Made by a program: the position numbers and the translations under genes. Of a stretch of 64,000 nucleotides of DNA, positions 58,236 to 64,000 are shown one piece after another; position 1 is the stretch's first letter, and every line of letters begins with the position of its first letter. Under the pieces are notes generated by a model. That model had not been told where the DNA came from and ran no database searches. It saw nothing but the letters and a program-made list of their open reading frames with translations. This stretch comes from an uncultured delta proteobacterium (GTDB lineage Bacteria; Myxococcota_A; UBA9160; SMWR01): NCBI GenBank assembly GCA_963832165.1, contig CAWHTE010000004.1, positions 288,001-352,000 on the forward strand, read 5' to 3'.

Positions 58236-59486
58236 ATGGACTTCAACGACACCCCCGAAGAAGCTGCGTTCCGCGCCGAAGCGCGCGCGTGGCTCGATGC
58301 CAACGCGAAGCTGCGCGAGCCCGGAAAGTCCCGCGCGGGCCTGCTCGACGCCGAGGCCAACGAGGTGGGGCTGCTCGCGCGCGCGAAACAGTGGCAGAAC
58401 AAGAAGGCCGACGCGAAGTGGGCCTGCATCACATGGCCGGTCGAGTACGGCGGCCGCGGCGCGTCGAGCATCCAGAACGTGATCTTCAACCAGGAAGAGT
58501 CGAAGTACGACGTGCCGCCGAATATGTTCGGCATCGGTCAGGGCATGCTCGGCCCCACGATCATGGCGCACGGCACGCCCGAACAGAAGAAGCGCTACCT
58601 CGAGCCGATGCTGCGCGCCGACGAGGTGTGGAGCCAGCTGTTCAGCGAGCCGGCCGCGGGCTCCGACCTCGCGGGCCTGCGCACGACCGCGGTGAAGGAC
58701 GGCGACAGCTGGATCCTGAACGGCCAGAAGATCTGGACCACGGGTGCGCACTACTCCGACTGGGGGATGATCGTCACGCGCACCGACCCGCGCGCGGCCA
58801 AGCACGCCGGCATCACGTACTTCATCATCGACATGAAGTCGCCCGGCATCGAGATCCGGCCGATCCACCAGATCAACGGCTCGAAGGACTTCAACGAGGT
58901 GTTCTTCAAGGACGTGCGGGTGCCGGACGCGAACCGCGTCGGTGCAGTGAACGACGGCTGGCGCGGTGCGATCACGACGCTCATGAACGAACGCGCGTCG
59001 ATCGGCAGCGGTGGGGGCATGGGCTTCGGAGTGCAGGAGCTCCTGCGCCTCGCGCGCGAGACCGACTGGAATGGGCGCCCCGCGATCGAGGATCCGTCCG
59101 TCCGCGAGCGGATCGCGGACTTCTACTGGAAGTTCAAGGGGCTCGAGTACACCGGCTACCGCACGCTCACCTCCCTTTCCCGCGGCGCGGCGCCGGGCCC
59201 CGAGAACTCGATCGGCAAGATGATCGGTGCGCCGCTGCGCCAGGAGCTCTGCGAGTTCGCGATGGAGCTCCAGGGTGCCGCGGGCGCGACGCTCGACGCC
59301 GAGCACACCTGGCGGCGCGGGCTCGCGCAGCAGGGCTGGCTCGGGTCGCCCGGGCTGCGGCTCGCGGGCGGCACCGACGAAATCCTGCACAACATTCTCG
59401 CCGAGCGCGTGCTCGGGCTGCCGGGCGAGATCCGCGTCGACAAGGACAAGGCGTTCCAGGACATCCCGTCCGGGACGATGAGGTAA
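58236..59486 (+). CDS. Acyl-CoA dehydrogenase, long subunit of a tandem pair
   Basis: WSQLFSEPAAGSDLA, NGQKIWTT, FNEVFF, LMNER, GGTDEILHNILAERVLGLP. Confidence 0.92.
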   Translation: MDFNDTPEEAAFRAEARAWLDANAKLREPGKSRAGLLDAEANEVGLLARAKQWQNKKADAKWACITWPVEYGGRGASSIQNVIFNQEESKYDVPPNMFGIGQGMLGPTIMAHGTPEQKKRYLEPMLRADEVWSQLFSEPAAGSDLAGLRTTAVKDGDSWILNGQKIWTTGAHYSDWGMIVTRTDPRAAKHAGITYFIIDMKSPGIEIRPIHQINGSKDFNEVFFKDVRVPDANRVGAVNDGWRGAITTLMNERASIGSGGGMGFGVQELLRLARETDWNGRPAIEDPSVRERIADFYWKFKGLEYTGYRTLTSLSRGAAPGPENSIGKMIGAPLRQELCEFAMELQGAAGATLDAEHTWRRGLAQQGWLGSPGLRLAGGTDEILHNILAERVLGLPGEIRVDKDKAFQDIPSGTMR

Positions 59487-59499
59487 CCGGAGGATCCGG

Positions 59500-60270
59500 G
59501 TGGAGCACCGCAATCTGCGTGTGCGCACGCGCGACGCGTTCGCGCACGTGACGCTCGCGCGGCCCGAGCGGCGCAACCCCCTCTCGCTCGAGACGATCGC
59601 GGAGCTCGACGCCGCGTTCGCGGAGATCGGCGCGGGCAAGACGCGCGGCGTCCTGCTCGATGCCGAGGGTCCCGTGTTCAGTGCGGGCCACGACTTCGGC
59701 GACATGGCCGGCCGCGATCTCGCCGGTATGCGCACGCTCTTGCTGCGCTGCGCGGAGATGATGCAGCGGATCCAGCGGATCCCTCAGCCCGTGCTCGCGA
59801 GCGTGAGCGGCCTCGCCACCGCGGCGGGCTGTCAGCTCGTGGCCACGTGCGATCTCGCCGTGGCGTCGAGCGAGGCGCGCTTCGCCACGCCGGGCGGACG
59901 CGGTGGCTGGTTCTGCCACACGCCGATGGTCGCGGTCTCCCGCGCGGTCGGGCGCAAGCGCGCGCTCGAGCTCCTGCTCACGGGCGATCCAATCGACGCG
60001 GCCACCGCGGCCGATTGGGGTCTCGTGAACCGCATCGTGCCGCCCGCGGAGCTCGAGGCGGCGTCGTGGGAGCTGCTCGAGCGCGCGACACGCGGCAGCG
60101 CGTTCTCGAAGGGGCTCGGCAAGCAGGCCTATTACGCGCAGATCGATCTCGATCAGCCCAAGGCGTACGACTACGCGACCGAGGTGATGGCCTCCGCTTC
60201 GCAGCATCCCGACGCGCAGGAGGGGATGCGCGCGTTCCTCGAGAAGCGCCGCCCCGTGTTCGAGGACTGA
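59500..60270 (+). CDS. Enoyl-CoA hydratase/isomerase (crotonase family)
   Basis: FSAGHD, ATAAGCQLVATCDL, FCHTP, EGMRAFLEKRRP. Confidence 0.92.
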   Translation: MEHRNLRVRTRDAFAHVTLARPERRNPLSLETIAELDAAFAEIGAGKTRGVLLDAEGPVFSAGHDFGDMAGRDLAGMRTLLLRCAEMMQRIQRIPQPVLASVSGLATAAGCQLVATCDLAVASSEARFATPGGRGGWFCHTPMVAVSRAVGRKRALELLLTGDPIDAATAADWGLVNRIVPPAELEAASWELLERATRGSAFSKGLGKQAYYAQIDLDQPKAYDYATEVMASASQHPDAQEGMRAFLEKRRPVFED

Positions 60271-60273
60271 GCC

Positions 60274-61596
60274 TCAGTTCCTGCGCGCGCGGCGCGCGAG
60301 CGCCACGATGCTCGCGATTCCGATCGCGAGCGGTATCGGGCCCGCGGGCTCCGGCAGCCGGAAGACGTCGCCGTCGACGAGATCGAGCACGTAGAGGTGG
60401 CCGTTCGCGTCCTCGCCGAACGAGCCGATGAACGTGAGGGTGCCGATATCCGGCGCCCAGAGCGGGTCGACCGAGTGATCGGTGAGGCCGGTGAAGTTGG
60501 TCCCGTTCGCGAGCGACGGCGCCGAGCCGTCCCAGACCAGCGACCAGACGTGTCCGACGACCCAGTCGCCGAAGAAATAACGCCCCTGCCGCGACGGGTT
60601 CGGGCCCCGGTAGACGTAGCCGCCGATGATCGCGTATCCGACGAAGGCGGGGCCGTGGTCCGGGCCGCCGCACACCTTTCCGAGGTGGGGGTAGTTGAAG
60701 ATCGGATCGATCGCGCCGGGCGGCTTCGGGCCGCCGATCCCGAGAAGCGGCTGCTCGATCAGGCCCTCGCGCAGCCGCCAGCCGTAGTTCTCGCCACCCG
60801 GGCTCGCGGCCGGCTGGACGTCGAGCTCCTCGCACGAGGCCTCGCCGGCGTCGGCGATGTAGAGATCCCCGGTCAGCCGGTCGATGCTCGGGCGCCACGG
60901 ATTGCGCAGGCCATAGGTCCAGATCTCGTCGTCGCCCTCGACGGCTCGGAACGGGTTGCTGGGCGGGATCGCGTAGTTCCGGGCCGGATCGAGCGGAAAG
61001 TCGTCGCCGGTGACGTCGATGCGCAGGATCTTGCCGAGCAGGTTGTCCGTGATGTCCTGCCCATTGCCGACCCCGGGCGTGTGTCCCGGGTCGTCGTCAT
61101 CACCGCCGCCGCCATCGCCCGTGGCGATGTACAGGAAGCCGTCGGGGCCGAAGCCCATCCACCCGCCGTTGTGATTGATCTGCGGCTGCACGATGGTCAG
61201 CACGGGCGTCGCGCTCGACGGATCGGCCACGTCGCCGGTAGGCGGCCATGCGCGGTAGCGGACCACCTGGGTGTCGGGGTTGGTGTAGTTCACGTAGAAG
61301 TAGCCGTTGGAGAAGTAGTTCGGATCGAAGGCGAGCCCGAGCAGTCCCTGTTCGCCCATTTGCGAAACGCCCGGCACGGTCAGGAACGGCGTGGGGAGCA
61401 GGGTGCGATCCGCGAGGCGCACGATGCGGATCGCCCCGGTGTGCTGCTCGAGGATGAAGACGCGCGTGGGATCTGCGCGCGGTGACGTCAGGAAGACGGG
61501 TTCTTGCAGGCCGGTGGCGATGCGCTCGGTGGCGAAGCCGTCGCCCGCTAACAGCAGGACGAGCGTCCCGATCCAAAGGGCAATCCGCGTCGACAT
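60274..61596 (-). CDS. PQQ-dependent sugar dehydrogenase (GSDH-like beta-propeller) with PEP-CTERM-like tail
   Basis: Signal peptide; GEQGLLGLAFDP, NHNGG, GKILRID, YGLRNPWR, NYGW; C-terminal LPEP-TM-RRARRN. Confidence 0.88.
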   Translation of the reverse strand: MSTRIALWIGTLVLLLAGDGFATERIATGLQEPVFLTSPRADPTRVFILEQHTGAIRIVRLADRTLLPTPFLTVPGVSQMGEQGLLGLAFDPNYFSNGYFYVNYTNPDTQVVRYRAWPPTGDVADPSSATPVLTIVQPQINHNGGWMGFGPDGFLYIATGDGGGGDDDDPGHTPGVGNGQDITDNLLGKILRIDVTGDDFPLDPARNYAIPPSNPFRAVEGDDEIWTYGLRNPWRPSIDRLTGDLYIADAGEASCEELDVQPAASPGGENYGWRLREGLIEQPLLGIGGPKPPGAIDPIFNYPHLGKVCGGPDHGPAFVGYAIIGGYVYRGPNPSRQGRYFFGDWVVGHVWSLVWDGSAPSLANGTNFTGLTDHSVDPLWAPDIGTLTFIGSFGEDANGHLYVLDLVDGDVFRLPEPAGPIPLAIGIASIVALARRARRN

Positions 61597-61647
61597 ATAC
61601 TGCCTCTCACGCCCCGACGAGACAGGTCTATCCGAAAAGCGGCCGAG

Positions 61648-62632
61648 CTACCACCAGCCCTGCCGGCGCGCCCAGTAGAGGACGGCGGCGGCCACGACAG
61701 CCATCGACGCGAGCACCCAGCCGAGCTCGACCGGTTGAGTCTCCGCGTTGACGATGATGTTCATGCCGTAGATGCCCGACATCAGCGTGAGCGGCAGCAG
61801 CACGGCCGACATCAGCGCGAGCCGCTCCATCGCGTGGTTCATCTTCGCGCTCGTGCGCGACTGGTAGAAGTCGACGACGCCCTGGAGGAACTCCCGTTCG
61901 CTGTCGCACACGCTGCGCACGCGCTCGAAGTGGTCCATGAGGTCCTCGATGAACGGCTGCGTCTCGGGCGGCAGGAAGCGCCGGAGCGCCGACATGCGCG
62001 CGTAGAGCTCGCGGCAGGCCGCCGCCATCGTGCGCAGCGTGAGCAGCTCATGGCGCACCTGGAACATCTCCTCGAGCGCTTCCTGGAAGTCGCCGTGGTG
62101 TCGCTCGATCACGCGGCGCTCCAGCGACGCGACCTTGCGCGTGAGCCCGTCCACGAAGTTCTCCATGCGCGCTGCGATCAGCTCCACGATCGCGTGCGAG
62201 AGCTCGGCGGGCGTGGTCGGCGCGAAGCGGCCATCGAGCAGGCGCTTCGCGACCGCGCGCGTCTCGCGCAGCGCCTTCTCGAGCGGCACCTCGGGGTTGA
62301 TCGGGCCGTGCACCGTCACCAGGTACCGGTGGCTGCCGAAGTAGTCGAGCTCGAGCAGGTGGATGTGCCCGGCGGGACCGGCCTCGGGCGCGTGCAGGAT
62401 CATGAGCAGATGGTCGGGGTAGGCGTGCAGCTTCGGGATGTGGCAGCGCTCGGTGCAGTCGCGGATCGCGAGCGGATGGAAGTGGAACACCTCGGTGAGC
62501 ACGCGCTTTGCCTCTGGCGTCGCACTCCGGGATGTCGACCCACAGGAGCCCGTCCGCGCGCGCGAGCAGCTCGGGGATCTCCGCGGGACTGCGCTGCTGC
62601 GTCTTCCCGTCCGAGATCCAGTAGACGTCCAC
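61648..62632 (-). CDS. corA: CorA family Mg2+/Co2+ transporter, frameshifted by one extra base near 62515
   Basis: WVDI then FHFHPLAIRD in adjacent frame; LPLTLMSGIYGMN signature. Confidence 0.85.
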
Positions 62633-62660
62633 GATCCCCTCCTCTCCCGCTGGAGACCCC

Positions 62661-62666
62661 TATAAT
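62661..62666 (+). promoter_or_regulatory. Candidate sigma70 -10 box
   Basis: TATAAT followed by GAGGAGG RBS and ATG 62696. Confidence 0.55.
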
Positions 62667-62695
62667 GCACCCATTCGCGCCCGAGGAGGCCCCAA

Positions 62696-64000
62696 ATGCT
62701 CGACGTCGTGATCACGGGTGGGACGCTGGTCGATGGCAGTGGAGGCCCCGCGCGGCGCGGCGACCTGGGCATCCGGGACGGCCGGATCGCGGCGATCGGC
62801 GAGGTCTCGGAGCGAGCGCGCACCTCGATCGACGCGAGCGGGAAGATCGTCGCCCCGGGCTTCGTCGACGTGCATACGCACTACGACGCGCAGGTGTTCT
62901 GGGACGGCACGCTCTCACCCTCGTCATTCCACGGCGTCACCTCGATCGTAGGCGGCAACTGCGGCTTCTCGATCGCGCCGCTGTCCGACACCGCGGGCGA
63001 CTACCTGATGCGCATGCTCGCGCGCGTGGAGGGCATGCCGCTCGAGAGCCTGCGCGTGGGCGTGCCCTGGGATTGGCGCTCGTTCGGCGAGTACCTCGAC
63101 CGGCTCGAGCGCAAGCTCGCCGTGAACGCGGGCTTCATGGTCGGCCACTCTGCGCTGCGCCGCGTGGTGATGGGCGAGCGCGCGGTCGGACACGAGGCGA
63201 GCACGGCCGAGCTCGACGCGATGCGCGAGCTGCTCGCGACCTCGCTGCGCGAGGGAGGCCTCGGCTTCTCCTCGACGATCTCCCCGACCCACAACGACGC
63301 CGAGGGACAACCGGTGCCGTCGCGCCACGCGAGCCGCGAGGAGCTGATCGCGCTCGCGCGCGTGGTGCGCGACTTCCCGGGCACGACGCTCGAGTTCCTT
63401 CCCGGCGTGTCGATGTTCAGCGACGAGCAGAAGGCGCTGATGACCGACCTCTCGCTCGCGGCGAACCGTCCGCTCAACTGGAACGTGCTCGCGCCGGGCG
63501 CGGGGAATGAGGATTACGTCGAAGCGCAGCTCTCCGCGACCGATTACGCGCGCGCGCGTGGCGCCGAGGTGATCGCGCTGACCGTGCCGCAGGCGATGAC
63601 GGTCCGGATCAACCTCCAGTCGGGCTTCGTGTTCGACGCGCTGCCGGGCTGGGCCGATCTGTTCCGGCTGCCGCTCGCGGAGCGCATGCGGAAGCTGCGC
63701 GAGCCGGGCTACCGCAAACAGCTCGACGAGGGCGCGAACTCGGAGAGCGCGGGCATGCTGCGCTTCCTCGCCAAGTGGCAGAACATTCGCGTGATCGAGA
63801 CGTTCGCCGAGCAGAACCGGGGTCTGGCCGGCAAGACGGTCGGAGAGATCGCCGAGGCGGAGGGCAAGGCGCCGTTCGACGCGATGATCGATCTCGCGAT
63901 TGCGGACGATCTCAAGACGCAGTTCTCGCCGCCCTCGGCAGGTGACACCGAGGCGGACTGGCAGGCGCGCGGTCGAGTCTGGAACGACGACCGCGCGGTG
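62696..64000 (+). CDS. N-acyl-D-amino-acid deacylase family amidohydrolase, 3'-truncated by window edge
   Basis: Manual translation MLDVVITGGTLVDGSG...APGFVDVHTHYDAQVFWD...HGVTSIVGGNCGFSIAP; absent from ORF track, presumably because no stop falls in the window. Confidence 0.9.
   Translation, partial: MLDVVITGGTLVDGSGGPARRGDLGIRDGRIAAIGEVSERARTSIDASGKIVAPGFVDVHTHYDAQVFWDGTLSPSSFHGVTSIVGGNCGFSIAPLSDTAGDYLMRMLARVEGMPLESLRVGVPWDWRSFGEYLDRLERKLAVNAGFMVGHSALRRVVMGERAVGHEASTAELDAMRELLATSLREGGLGFSSTISPTHNDAEGQPVPSRHASREELIALARVVRDFPGTTLEFLPGVSMFSDEQKALMTDLSLAANRPLNWNVLAPGAGNEDYVEAQLSATDYARARGAEVIALTVPQAMTVRINLQSGFVFDALPGWADLFRLPLAERMRKLREPGYRKQLDEGANSESAGMLRFLAKWQNIRVIETFAEQNRGLAGKTVGEIAEAEGKAPFDAMIDLAIADDLKTQFSPPSAGDTEADWQARGRVWNDDRAV

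Noticed and set aside
1136..63948. Numerous long alternative-frame and antisense ORFs
   Set aside because: Arg/Ala/Pro-rich shadow ORFs expected in high-GC DNA; each overlaps a gene with clear motifs

Overview
Very GC-rich bacterial chromosomal window (roughly 70% GC by eye), densely coding. A secretin-containing Tad locus and a PEP-CTERM-like protein indicate a diderm host; the gene content suggests a Myxococcota/Binatia-like lineage (inference only). Left to right: (1) a translationally coupled hopanoid operon, dxs-hpnD-fni-TetR-hpnC-hpnE-shc-hpnG-hpnH, with a frameshift in shc at a G7 run and an extra C-terminal domain on HpnH; (2) three membrane-fused spermidine-synthase-like genes, two of which flank a ThDP-dependent lyase, plus peroxiredoxin, thiolase/DUF35, PlsC and MaoC genes; (3) a complete Tad/Flp pilus locus with a hairpin-rich leader and a Cys-rich TadG-like subunit; (4) about 25 kb of lipid/acyl-CoA catabolic and flavin/F420 oxidoreductase genes. 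The most unusual signals are non-coding. A 43-bp repeat sits at gene junctions and is read in frame as protein termini. A second family of 150-450 bp intergenic elements shows covarying stems and lies between convergent genes. Three clear single-base frameshifts and one probable one suggest sequencing/assembly indels. No rRNA, tRNA, CRISPR array, transposase or integrase was seen.
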